Sequence record: SRR31156797_3944 | Direction: 5' to 3' (one strand) | Length of the DNA stretch: 35,320 nt | The notes under the pieces: model-generated | The model's database searches: none | What the model saw: only the letters and a program-made list of their open reading frames with translations | Told to the model about the DNA's origin: nothing | Program-made: the position numbers and the translations under genes | Shown: positions 25,200 to 33,519 of the stretch, one piece after another | How positions within the stretch are numbered: position 1 is the first letter of the stretch | Layout of the letters: the number at the start of each line of letters is the position of its first letter

Positions 25200-26612
25200 T
25201 CATGCCTTGGCGGGCAGGGAAAAACAGAATGTCGAGCCGTGTCCGGGGTTGCTGGTCAGCCAGATGCGGCCTTCGTGAGCCAGAATAATGCGTTTGGATA
25301 TAGCCAGTCCGAGCCCCGCTCCATCCACGCTGTCGCGGACTTCGGGCTCTCGGTAATATTTTTGAAAAACTCGGTCCTGTTCTTCTTCCGGGATACCAGG
25401 GCCAGTGTCTTGTACGCAGAAGATGACTTCGTCGGGTGCGGTTGAACTGGTAACGGTCACCGTGCCGCTTCGCGGGGTGAATTTGATGGCGTTACCCACC
25501 AGATTCATGAGGACCTGTCTAATGTGTTCCGAGTCGGCCATAAATGTTGTGGGCGTGGTTTTTGAAATAAGCGTGATGCCGTTGGCCTCGGCGGCGAGAG
25601 TTAGCCGTTCGACGGTGGAGGAGACAAGCCATTCTCCATCGGTTTCCTGTTTGTGAAGATCGAGTGTTTCGGATTCCATGCGGGAGACCGAAAGCAGTCT
25701 GGTCAGGAGTTCGGAAAGGCGTGTGGATTCTTTTTCCGCGATACGGAGGAATTTTTTTTGTTTTTCGTTAACCTCACCAAAAGCACCGGATTCAACAAGA
25801 TCAACGGCTTCACGAACCGACGTCATGGGCGTCCTGATCTCGTGGGAGAGCATGGCAATGAAATCTGACCGCATCTGTTCTTCGCGTCGCAGTCGTGCAG
25901 CCATGGCGTTGAATGCCAGTGCCAGTTCTCCCAGTTCATCGCCGGAAAGAATTCGTACATCTCGGGGAGTGGCCCCGGTTCCAAGGTCTCGGATGCCTCG
26001 TCGTACTTCGGTCAGCGAACGATTCAGGAACCAAGCCAGGATCAAGCCGCCTCCCACGCCGAGAGCGAGACACGCCAGTAATCCGTATAAGCCGATGTCG
26101 GCAGCCCTTTGTCCTGCATCGTGAAGCATGGTCAATCGGGTTTCCATGTCCGCCACATTGTCGAACAGGCTTTGTTCTAGAATATCAGTCCATTCGCGGA
26201 CGGTAACGTTGGGAGCTAGATTGTCATCTGTGGTTTCCCCGGGGTCGAGTGTTATTTCGTACTCTTTGGTCAACTCTTCCCATTCTTCTGTGTAGGTCGG
26301 ATGCTTTTTTAGCGTTTCGTCTAAAATTTCACCAAAGCGGGTCAGGTCTTCCACGATAAATCCCACAGCGGCCTCATCTCCACCCAGTAGACGGTAGCGT
26401 CGGATGTTGTCCTGCACGCTATACAAGCGTTCCAACATGCGTTGGATGGCAGAGTCCAAATCGTGATTTTCAGCTACAATCTGACTTGACACTTCCGCGT
26501 CTTGTCGGACTTGCCAGAACAGGAAGGCTGTGGTGGTGAAAAAGATGATAATTAACGCACTCGCCCAGATGAGGAGCTTGGCGGCAATGGAAAGATGGCG
26601 AACCTTAGGCAT
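25200..26612 (-). CDS. Membrane sensor histidine kinase (HAMP-HisKA-HATPase)
   Basis: Two TM segments, HAMP DELGELALAFNAM, H-box SHEIRTP, N-box NLVGNAIKF, DTGPGI, GAGLGL. Confidence 0.93.
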   Translation of the reverse strand: MPKVRHLSIAAKLLIWASALIIIFFTTTAFLFWQVRQDAEVSSQIVAENHDLDSAIQRMLERLYSVQDNIRRYRLLGGDEAAVGFIVEDLTRFGEILDETLKKHPTYTEEWEELTKEYEITLDPGETTDDNLAPNVTVREWTDILEQSLFDNVADMETRLTMLHDAGQRAADIGLYGLLACLALGVGGGLILAWFLNRSLTEVRRGIRDLGTGATPRDVRILSGDELGELALAFNAMAARLRREEQMRSDFIAMLSHEIRTPMTSVREAVDLVESGAFGEVNEKQKKFLRIAEKESTRLSELLTRLLSVSRMESETLDLHKQETDGEWLVSSTVERLTLAAEANGITLISKTTPTTFMADSEHIRQVLMNLVGNAIKFTPRSGTVTVTSSTAPDEVIFCVQDTGPGIPEEEQDRVFQKYYREPEVRDSVDGAGLGLAISKRIILAHEGRIWLTSNPGHGSTFCFSLPAKA

Positions 26613-26680
26613 GACTTACTCTTTAGAGTATTCGCGGTGACAGGGCAATAAACCTTTAACTCTCTATGGCTTTTTGAGCT

Positions 26681-26715
26681 AAAAAAAAGGCCATCTTTTG
26701 TTGTAATGATGGCCT
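26681..26715 (-). terminator. Probable intrinsic terminator after the acylphosphatase-like gene
   Basis: AGGCCATC (26688-26695) / GATGGCCT (26708-26715) stem followed on the minus strand by a T run. Confidence 0.55.
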
Positions 26716-26755
26716 GAGTTTTTTTTGACGGCAATCCGTCAAGATGGTTAATGAA

Positions 26756-27028
26756 TTAACCTCGGGTCTCAAAGGTCTTGTATTCCTTGTCGTAATCAAG
26801 AGCGGAACAGGACACGTTGTTTTTGCCGACGGCCGGTGATTCGGTCATAAGCCGTTCCCGGAACAATGCATAGGTTTCTGCATCTCCTTGAACCAGAATT
26901 TCTGCTTTTTTGTCCGCTATGCTGCGAACCCAGCCGGTTAGTTTCAACTGTTCTGCTGCCTTGCGAACCCAAGACTGGAAAGGCCCTCCAGCCACTTCCC
27001 CTTCAACGATACATTTGTAACTTTTCAT
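26756..27028 (-). CDS. Acylphosphatase-like protein with degenerate active site
   Basis: 90 aa, pattern VEGEVAGGPFQ...A..LKLTGWVRS...EILVQG matches the acylphosphatase fold. GGAGG RBS. Confidence 0.75.
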   Translation of the reverse strand: MKSYKCIVEGEVAGGPFQSWVRKAAEQLKLTGWVRSIADKKAEILVQGDAETYALFRERLMTESPAVGKNNVSCSALDYDKEYKTFETRG

Positions 27029-27199
27029 GGCGAACCTCCGAATAGGGATTTATTTATACTCAGAGCGTACGTGATTTTATGTTTTATGAAAAGAGGGAGG
27101 CAGAGAATTTGTCGAGGTCTGGGGTTGTCATTTGTTGAGTACAACGATACTGTCACTCCCTGCTCTGACCGCTTCTCAATCGTGAAGCAGAGGATTCCC

Positions 27200-27790
27200 A
27201 TGTGTAAAATTAGTATTATTGCCGCCCTGTGTGCGTTCTTTTTGTGCGTGTCACCCGCAGCGGCCTCTTTGCCTCATTATAATTCCGACATCGGCTACAC
27301 CATTTGGCTGCCGAAGCACTGGACCGTGGCCTCGAACAGTGATTTGGAAATTGCTGAAGGGGCGTGCAAGCCGCTGCCTGTACAGGGATTGATGTCTAAC
27401 TGGGAGGCCGGTTATATCAACTCTGAAAGTGGTCGTGAATGCCGACTTTTGGTGGAGGCAAAGCCTGGCCGGAAAATGCGTCCGGCAGATATTTCCAACT
27501 TTAACAATTTTTTAGTCCGGTCATTGAAGCAATCCCCTTTGTATGAAGTGAAGAATCCGGGATGTGTGACCCTGAAGACTGCTACGTACTTCGAAGACAA
27601 GAAAGTGTTGAGGCTTGTGACGGAGATGGGCCGCGGCGAACACGCCATGGTCGGATTGACGTACATAGTCTACACCCGCAAGGGCATGTTGACGTTTGTC
27701 GGGTATCTTGATCCGGCTGACGATCAGACGCAGAAAGCCATTGATAAGGCCATGCTTTCTCTCTATCTGGATGATGGTATCCGTTATTAA
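27200..27790 (+). CDS. Hypothetical exported protein
   Basis: ATG 27200 with AGAGGA RBS. Signal-peptide-like MCKISIIAALCAFFLCVSPAAA. Confidence 0.7.
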   Translation: MCKISIIAALCAFFLCVSPAAASLPHYNSDIGYTIWLPKHWTVASNSDLEIAEGACKPLPVQGLMSNWEAGYINSESGRECRLLVEAKPGRKMRPADISNFNNFLVRSLKQSPLYEVKNPGCVTLKTATYFEDKKVLRLVTEMGRGEHAMVGLTYIVYTRKGMLTFVGYLDPADDQTQKAIDKAMLSLYLDDGIRY

Positions 27791-27957
27791 GCGTTGTTGA
27801 CACTATTTGGGTAGGGTGGATATCTTTTGATCATGGGCAACCATGGTTCGCACTGTGCATTATTTGTAGGCACGGCGCGTTTGTTTTATATTTAGGTGAA
27901 TAATGGTGAGTGTTTGCCATAGGCACACTCCTTGCTCAAGAGTCACTGGAGGCTCGA

Positions 27958-28176
27958 GTGAAGAAAATTATATTGGGAACAGTCCTCTCTCTTATGATGT
28001 TTTCACCATCTCTGGCAGTGGATGGCCACTCTCAGACGGATTCTTGGCTCGTGGCCTCCAATCAGCCACAGCGTCCAGCCCCGGAGCCGCCCCGGAAGAT
28101 CATCATCAAGGGGAAGGGTGGTAAAGTAACCGGCGTGGAACAGGGGACAGGTAAGAAACCCAAAGAAAAGAAATAA
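27958..28176 (+). CDS. Small hypothetical exported protein
   Basis: GTG 27958 with GGAGG RBS. Signal-like MKKIILGTVLSLMMFSPSLA, Pro/Lys-rich tail, followed by a terminator. Confidence 0.6.
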   Translation: MKKIILGTVLSLMMFSPSLAVDGHSQTDSWLVASNQPQRPAPEPPRKIIIKGKGGKVTGVEQGTGKKPKEKK

Positions 28177-28196
28177 TGTATCCTTGGATATATAAG

Positions 28197-28231
28197 AAAG
28201 CCCCCGCAACCATTTGGTCGCGGGGGCTTTT
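28197..28231. terminator. Bidirectional intrinsic terminator
   Basis: AAAGCCCCCGC / GCGGGGGCTTT perfect 11-bp stem between convergent genes. Confidence 0.8.
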
Positions 28232-28249
28232 ACGTGTTTTGTCTTGAAA

Positions 28250-28753
28250 CTACTGCGTGGTGTCGCAGGTCGGGAACTGCGGGTCTGTGCCGCTTTCCAG
28301 AAGTTTGGTACGGTATTCCGTTACTTCGTCCAGCTCATTCCATTCGCTGTACATTTCCATCCATTCTTCAAAATCCATGTACTTTTCGTCTAAGTGCTGC
28401 TCATGCATTTTGAGCCAGACATTGAAGATGTACATCTCCACTTTGAATGTGGCGTTATCGAACACCTGTGGAAGGACTGTGGCCTCGTACTTCTGGCCGT
28501 CCAGCCGGGAAGCCACGTAGGAACAGACATTTTCCTGGGATCGCTTGTAGTCGGTGACTGCATTGTTTACCATATCGGCAAAACGATGCAGTTCGGGGCG
28601 GTTCTCTTTGATCTTGGCCAACTCTTCGTCAGGCATCTCAATTCGGAGTTCTTCGCCTTTCTCCACCACGAAGTAGAACCTGAGCCATTGGTCGAATTGG
28701 AAAACCTCAAGGGCGTCCTTGACCGCATTTTTCACACTCACGCTTCGAATCAT
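28250..28753 (-). CDS. Hypothetical acidic protein
   Basis: 167-aa ORF with host-like codon usage, GAAGGA RBS, an upstream promoter-like sequence and a downstream terminator. Confidence 0.75.
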   Translation of the reverse strand: MIRSVSVKNAVKDALEVFQFDQWLRFYFVVEKGEELRIEMPDEELAKIKENRPELHRFADMVNNAVTDYKRSQENVCSYVASRLDGQKYEATVLPQVFDNATFKVEMYIFNVWLKMHEQHLDEKYMDFEEWMEMYSEWNELDEVTEYRTKLLESGTDPQFPTCDTTQ

Positions 28754-28791
28754 TACTATAATCCTTCATTGGGTTAATGTCTTGGATGGGG

Positions 28792-28820
28792 AATATGGAC
28801 ATCCTTGTGGGTCGAGTCAA
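28792..28820 (-). promoter_or_regulatory. Putative sigma70 promoter for 28250-28753
   Basis: Minus strand TTGACT-17 bp-CATATT. Confidence 0.45.
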
Positions 28821-28928
28821 GGGAAAATCGAGGTTGGTGGGGGTAGACAAAGCGTTGATGATTGGTATATGAAGTGCGGCTCGCAATAAAGAAAAGCCCT
28901 TATCGGCTGAAATATCAAGGAGACCACA

Positions 28929-29039
28929 ATGGCACGCCACAAGAAGCACGAACGTATGAAAGAATTGGATCGTAAACGTCAACGTCGTAAGAAAGCCCTC
29001 AAGGCAGCAGTTAAGGAAGCCAAGGCCGCTAAAGCCTAG
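28929..29039 (+). CDS. Small highly basic protein (36 aa)
   Basis: MARHKKHERMKELDRKRQRRKKALKAAVKEAKAAKA*, with a strong AAGGAG RBS 6 nt upstream and CGT/AAG-rich codons. Below the ORF-track cutoff. Confidence 0.75.
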   Translation: MARHKKHERMKELDRKRQRRKKALKAAVKEAKAAKA

Positions 29040-29057
29040 TTCGACTGTTTTTTTGAC

Positions 29058-29151
29058 GGTACCAACTGTCGTGTTGACACCGTGAAGTTCCATCGGCGAA
29101 GTCCTTTTTCGTTTGTGGTGCCTTTACGGGTGTCGACTCACGTCTGGCACC
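29058..29151 (+). other. Long imperfect RNA hairpin (candidate structured RNA)
   Basis: Nested pairings GGTACCA/TGGCACC, CGTG/CACG, TTGACACC/GGTGTCGA, GTGAAG/CTTTAC, CCAT/GTGG and GGCGAA/TTCGTT, several using G-U pairs. Confidence 0.45.
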
Positions 29152-29201
29152 CACCTGTAGAGACCTTTTATTTCATTCACAATTTTTCAAGAATTCGCAC
29201 C

Positions 29202-29516
29202 ATGCCTATTTACGAGTATCAATGTCAGTCTTGTCAGTCCGTTTTTGAGGAATGGCAATCAGGTTTCGAGGATAAGGAATTTCCATGTCCCGAGTGTGGG
29301 GGGGCGTCCAAGCGACTCATCTCTCACAGTTCTTTTCATTTGAAAGGGTCTGGCTGGTATGCCGATGGATATGGTGCCACGAAGTCCGGGTGTAAGCCTG
29401 GTGAGGCGCAAAAGCCCTCAAGTGGCGGCGACAGTGAGTCTTCGACCAAGGCCGAATCGGCCCCGGCTTCGAAGTGTCCTGCTGCGGACACGTCTTCTGC
29501 AGGTTCCGCATCCTGA
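29202..29516 (+). CDS. FmdB-family zinc-ribbon protein
   Basis: MPIYEYQCQSC...CPECGG...LIS..SFHLKGSGWY followed by a low-complexity Ser/Ala tail. Confidence 0.9.
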   Translation: MPIYEYQCQSCQSVFEEWQSGFEDKEFPCPECGGASKRLISHSSFHLKGSGWYADGYGATKSGCKPGEAQKPSSGGDSESSTKAESAPASKCPAADTSSAGSAS

Positions 29517-29525
29517 TGTATGCAT

Positions 29526-29550
29526 AAGGCAGCTACGGCTGCCTTTTTTT
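29526..29550 (+). terminator. Intrinsic terminator
   Basis: AAGGCAGC-TACG-GCTGCCTT followed by a T run. Confidence 0.85.
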
Positions 29551-29637
29551 ATGGCTTTTCCGGCCTTGAAATTTGGTGCCGCATTGCCATAGTATGCTGA
29601 TGCACAATTACGCACATTCAACGAAGCGAGAAATATC

Positions 29638-30936
29638 ATGCTTGAACGGTATTCCCGACCCGGGATGAGAGAGTTATGGACCCTTGAAAACAAGTTCAGG
29701 GTATGGCTCGAAGTAGAGTTGGCCGTGACCAAGGGCTGGGCCGAACTCGGTCAGGTCCCTCAGGACGCCTGCGATGAAATTCATGAAAAGGCAGACTTTG
29801 ATCTGGATCGTATCCTTGAGATCGAAGAAACCACCAAGCATGACGTCATTGCCTTTTTGTCTGCCGTAGAAGAGAAAGTCGGTCCCAGTTCCCGGTATAT
29901 CCATCTGGGCTGTACCTCCTCTGATATAGTGGATACGGCGAATGGCGTGCTCCTGCTCAGGGCGGGAAAGATCCTCGCGGAAGGCGTGGACCGTATCCTG
30001 AAAGTTCTTGATGAACTTGCCCACAAACACAAAGGGTTGATCTGTATGGGGCGGACCCACGGTATTCATGCAGAGCCGACCACCTACGGACTTAAATTTA
30101 CCGGTTTCTATGCCGAATTCATGCGCCACAAGGAACGTTTCGATGCGGCTCGTGAAAATATTCGTGTCGGCAAGCTGTCCGGCGCTGTGGGGACGTTTGC
30201 TCATCTCAGCCCGGATCTGGAAGAACGTGCTTGCGCCATTCTCGGTCTCAAGGTTGATCCGCATTCTACGCAAATTGTTCAGCGTGACAGGTATGCACAG
30301 TTCTTCACCGCATTGGCCATGATGGCAGGTGGCATTGAACGTCTTGGTCTGGAACTCAGGCACTTGCAGCGTACTGAAGTCTCCGAAGTGGAGGAAGGGT
30401 TCTCCAAGGGCCAGAAAGGTTCTTCTGCCATGCCGCATAAAAAGAATCCCATTTCCGCAGAAAATTTGTGTGGTCTGGCGCGGCTTATTCGTTCCAATTC
30501 CATGGCAGCCATGGAAAATCAGGCTCTCTGGCACGAACGTGACATCTCTCACTCCTCAGTGGAACGCATGATCATGCCCGACACCACTGCTCTTATGGAT
30601 TACATGCTGCATCGTATGTCCGGTGTGTTGGAACGTCTTGTGGTTAAGGAAGAGAGTATTCAACGAAATCTTATGGGTTCGTTTGGCCTTTTCTATTCCC
30701 AGCGTATTCTTAATAAATTGATTGCTACCGGCCTGAAACGGCAGGAAGCCTATGAGATGGTTCAGAAGGTAGCCCTGCGTTGCTGGGAGAATCGTATCCA
30801 GTTTGAAGATGAAATCCGTGTGGATGCGGAAGTAAATAAGCATCTTGCGGCTAACGACCTTGACGAAGCCTTCGACCCTTCGTATTACAAACGATATGAG
30901 GATGTGGTCTTTGGCCGCGTCTTTGAGGGAAAATAG
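29638..30936 (+). CDS. purB: Adenylosuccinate lyase
   Basis: MLERYSR, HDVIAF, IHLGCTSSDI, GRTHGIHAEPTT, and the signature GSSAMPHKKNP. Confidence 0.97.
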   Translation: MLERYSRPGMRELWTLENKFRVWLEVELAVTKGWAELGQVPQDACDEIHEKADFDLDRILEIEETTKHDVIAFLSAVEEKVGPSSRYIHLGCTSSDIVDTANGVLLLRAGKILAEGVDRILKVLDELAHKHKGLICMGRTHGIHAEPTTYGLKFTGFYAEFMRHKERFDAARENIRVGKLSGAVGTFAHLSPDLEERACAILGLKVDPHSTQIVQRDRYAQFFTALAMMAGGIERLGLELRHLQRTEVSEVEEGFSKGQKGSSAMPHKKNPISAENLCGLARLIRSNSMAAMENQALWHERDISHSSVERMIMPDTTALMDYMLHRMSGVLERLVVKEESIQRNLMGSFGLFYSQRILNKLIATGLKRQEAYEMVQKVALRCWENRIQFEDEIRVDAEVNKHLAANDLDEAFDPSYYKRYEDVVFGRVFEGK

Positions 30937-30937
30937 T

Positions 30938-31495
30938 ATGAATGAATTGAAATCCAAGCTTGCCAAGTTGCTGTTGAAACTCTCTTACAAAGAGGGCGAT
31001 TTCACGCTGACTTCAGGCAAAAAAAGTGAATATTATTTTGACTGTAAGCAGACTGCTCTTCACGCCGAGGGCGGGTATCTCATCGGACGTTTGTTCTTTG
31101 AAATGCTTAAGGACTTTGATGTCCATGGTGTGGGAGGCATGACTCTCGGAGCCGATCCTCTGATTTCCAGCGTAACTGTGGTATCCCATCTGGAAGGGCG
31201 TCCTTTGCCAGGATTTATTATTCGCAAGAAGTCCAAGGGGCATGGTACCAATCAGTATCTCGAAGGGCTGGCTAACTTCAGCGAAGGCGACAAAGTGGTC
31301 TTGCTGGAAGATGTTTGTACTACAGGTGGTACGCTGGCAACAGCAGCAGAACGTGTTCGAGATGCCGGATTGGAAATTGTCGGTGTACTCGCTGTTTTGG
31401 ACAGAGAAGAGGGTGGACGGGAAAGACTTAAGGAGGCAGGGCTTGAATTGAGCGCTATCTTCACCCGTCAGGAGTTGTTGGCCGCAGGTAAATAA
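30938..31495 (+). CDS. pyrE: Orotate phosphoribosyltransferase
   Basis: GDFTLTSGKKSEYYFD, IRKKSKGHG, PRPP-binding LLEDVCTTGGT. Start at ATG 30938, 1 bp after purB. Confidence 0.95.
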   Translation: MNELKSKLAKLLLKLSYKEGDFTLTSGKKSEYYFDCKQTALHAEGGYLIGRLFFEMLKDFDVHGVGGMTLGADPLISSVTVVSHLEGRPLPGFIIRKKSKGHGTNQYLEGLANFSEGDKVVLLEDVCTTGGTLATAAERVRDAGLEIVGVLAVLDREEGGRERLKEAGLELSAIFTRQELLAAGK

Positions 31496-31516
31496 TTTGA
31501 CCCGTCGGGGAAGTGT

Positions 31517-32815
31517 ATGGTTCGGGGAAACCGTGGGGGGATTGGGTATACTTTCATGCGCGTAGCTGTTGTTGTTTTGACATTGGTCATGTCTGTAAGC
31601 ATGGCGTTTGCCGAAGGGTGGACGCCTACCCTTTCATCGCACTCGTTTAGCCCTGAGCGTATTATTGCCGTGGACAAGGCTTCGCAGGAATTGATCGTGC
31701 TGGAACATAAGAGTCCTTTGCATGAGGTTTTTCGCTTTCCCTGTACAACGGGACAGTCCTCCGGTGACAAGTCGGTGGAAGGAGATTTGCGTACCCCCGA
31801 AGGAGTGTATTTTGTCGGGCATCGCATCAATCGTAAGTTGGACTGGGACCTTTACGGCGACATCGCTTACTCCTTGAATTACCCAAACCCTATTGATCGT
31901 ATTCACGGTAAGACCGGTGGTGGCATCTGGTTGCATGGTCGGGGCAAGACTTTTGTCCCTCGTGACACCCTCGGTTGCGTGGCTCTCAAAGTCCCTGACA
32001 TGAAGAATGTGGCTCAGGAGTCAGATTATGGGACTCCTGTGGTCATCGCGAGTGATCTTGAATGGACGGCTGAACCGGGTGAAAATGACGTTACCGCACT
32101 TATTTTGGGGCGAGAACTTGATGCCTGGGCCAACGATTGGCAACGTCGGGATGAGGGCTTTTTTGATCATTACAACGCTGATCTCATGACCGCGAGTGAA
32201 GGAATAGATTTTTCCCGATTCGTCACGCATAAACAGGGTATTTTCTCTCGTCAGCCGTGGATTCAGGTTATGGTTGATAATGTTCGTGCCATTCCAGGTC
32301 CTGATTATTGGGTGACGTGGTTTGATCAATATTATCGTGCACCCGGCATGGCTTCGACCACCGGCAAGCGATTCTATTGGCAGAAGGACGATACCGGACA
32401 GTGGCGCATTGTTGGTCGAGAATATGTCCCGGCCTCAGAGAATCTGGAAGCCAAATACCTTGCTTCGAAAAACGGCGAAGTGCTGGAACTGGTGAAGGCC
32501 TGGCGTGCTGCCTGGTTGGCCACAGATCTTGATACTTACGTGGGATTTTATGCATCCCGAGCCGTGCAGGGTAGTCGAAAGGGTATCGTGTCCATTGCCG
32601 ACTACAAAAAGACGTTGTGGGCTACCAAAGCACCTGTTAAGGTTGAAATTGACGGTTTGACCGTGACTCAACATCCGAAAGGTCTTGAAGTTGCGTTCAA
32701 GCAGATGTTTGAGAGCGCGGACGGGTATAGCGACGTCGGACTGAAGACCATGGTTCTGACCCCGAACGGGAACACATGGAAAATTGACAGCGAGCAATGG
32801 AGACGGGGTAGATGA
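31517..32815 (+). CDS. YkuD-type L,D-transpeptidase/carboxypeptidase with NTF2-like C-terminal domains (Csd6/Pgp2-like)
   Basis: Signal peptide, GDK..EGDLRTPEGVY, LNYPNPID, catalytic IWLHG...TLGCVAL, and two W..AW...D...Y NTF2-like repeats. Start may be 31556. Confidence 0.85.
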   Translation: MVRGNRGGIGYTFMRVAVVVLTLVMSVSMAFAEGWTPTLSSHSFSPERIIAVDKASQELIVLEHKSPLHEVFRFPCTTGQSSGDKSVEGDLRTPEGVYFVGHRINRKLDWDLYGDIAYSLNYPNPIDRIHGKTGGGIWLHGRGKTFVPRDTLGCVALKVPDMKNVAQESDYGTPVVIASDLEWTAEPGENDVTALILGRELDAWANDWQRRDEGFFDHYNADLMTASEGIDFSRFVTHKQGIFSRQPWIQVMVDNVRAIPGPDYWVTWFDQYYRAPGMASTTGKRFYWQKDDTGQWRIVGREYVPASENLEAKYLASKNGEVLELVKAWRAAWLATDLDTYVGFYASRAVQGSRKGIVSIADYKKTLWATKAPVKVEIDGLTVTQHPKGLEVAFKQMFESADGYSDVGLKTMVLTPNGNTWKIDSEQWRRGR

Positions 32816-33519
32816 TCGATTCGAAATACAGCGTCCTTTTTATGCGCGATGATCGAGATGTGACTCGGTATCGCGTCAGCCCGTTTTGGCTCAGGATGTT
32901 TATCTTCAGTCAGATATTCTTGTTTCTTTTTGCGGCGGGCGGTATTTACATGGGCGTGCGTGGATTCAAGATTAACGCCGACCTTCATTCTGAAAAGAAA
33001 GAACTTGAACAACGTCTGGTGGATGCCGAGGTTCGTTTGGAACGACTCGGGAATATGGAAAAGATTCTTGAATCTTATGATCCCACCGAGCTGCAATCCC
33101 TGCTTTCCGCAGCCACCTCCCCCGAAGTGGAAGAGCCTGTGCAGCAGGTCGAGATTAATCTCAATGATATTTTTGTTCGCGCTGATACACAACAGGTTGG
33201 CGTGGAAAATCTTCAGGCAAAGCTTTCCAAGCGGAAGCTTTCTATTACTTTTGAATTGAACAACCTTCAGGCTTCCAAGCCCATGGCAGGACAGGCCGAT
33301 TTCATTTTCGTCAAGCGGGATGGAACGTCGGTAGCAGCCAAGACCAATAAAAATGATCTTGGATTCCAGATTCAACGATTCAAGCGTATTCAAACCACTT
33401 TCCTGCTCCCCGATGGTATGGACAAGGATGATTTGTTTGGTTTGCGTTTGGAAATCAAAGGGAAGGGTGGAGATGTCATCTTTGCCGAGACGTATCCTCT
33501 CTACCACATTCTCGCTTAG
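32812..33519 (+). CDS. Bitopic membrane protein with coiled coil
   Basis: Short N-terminal segment, one TM helix, a coiled coil (LHSEKKELEQRLVDAEVRLERL) and a beta-rich C-domain. ATGA overlap with the upstream gene. Confidence 0.75.
   Translation: MIDSKYSVLFMRDDRDVTRYRVSPFWLRMFIFSQIFLFLFAAGGIYMGVRGFKINADLHSEKKELEQRLVDAEVRLERLGNMEKILESYDPTELQSLLSAATSPEVEEPVQQVEINLNDIFVRADTQQVGVENLQAKLSKRKLSITFELNNLQASKPMAGQADFIFVKRDGTSVAAKTNKNDLGFQIQRFKRIQTTFLLPDGMDKDDLFGLRLEIKGKGGDVIFAETYPLYHILA

Noticed and set aside
29058-29151. SRP (4.5S) RNA or tRNA
   Set aside because: Lacks the SRP helix-8 GNRA/CAGG-AGCA motif and has no cloverleaf or T-loop.
29674-30552. 292-aa antisense ORF, and similar shadow ORFs such as 19125-19739, 32668-33507 and 17241-17870
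   Set aside because: They lie opposite well-supported genes, have no motifs, and are explained by codon bias.
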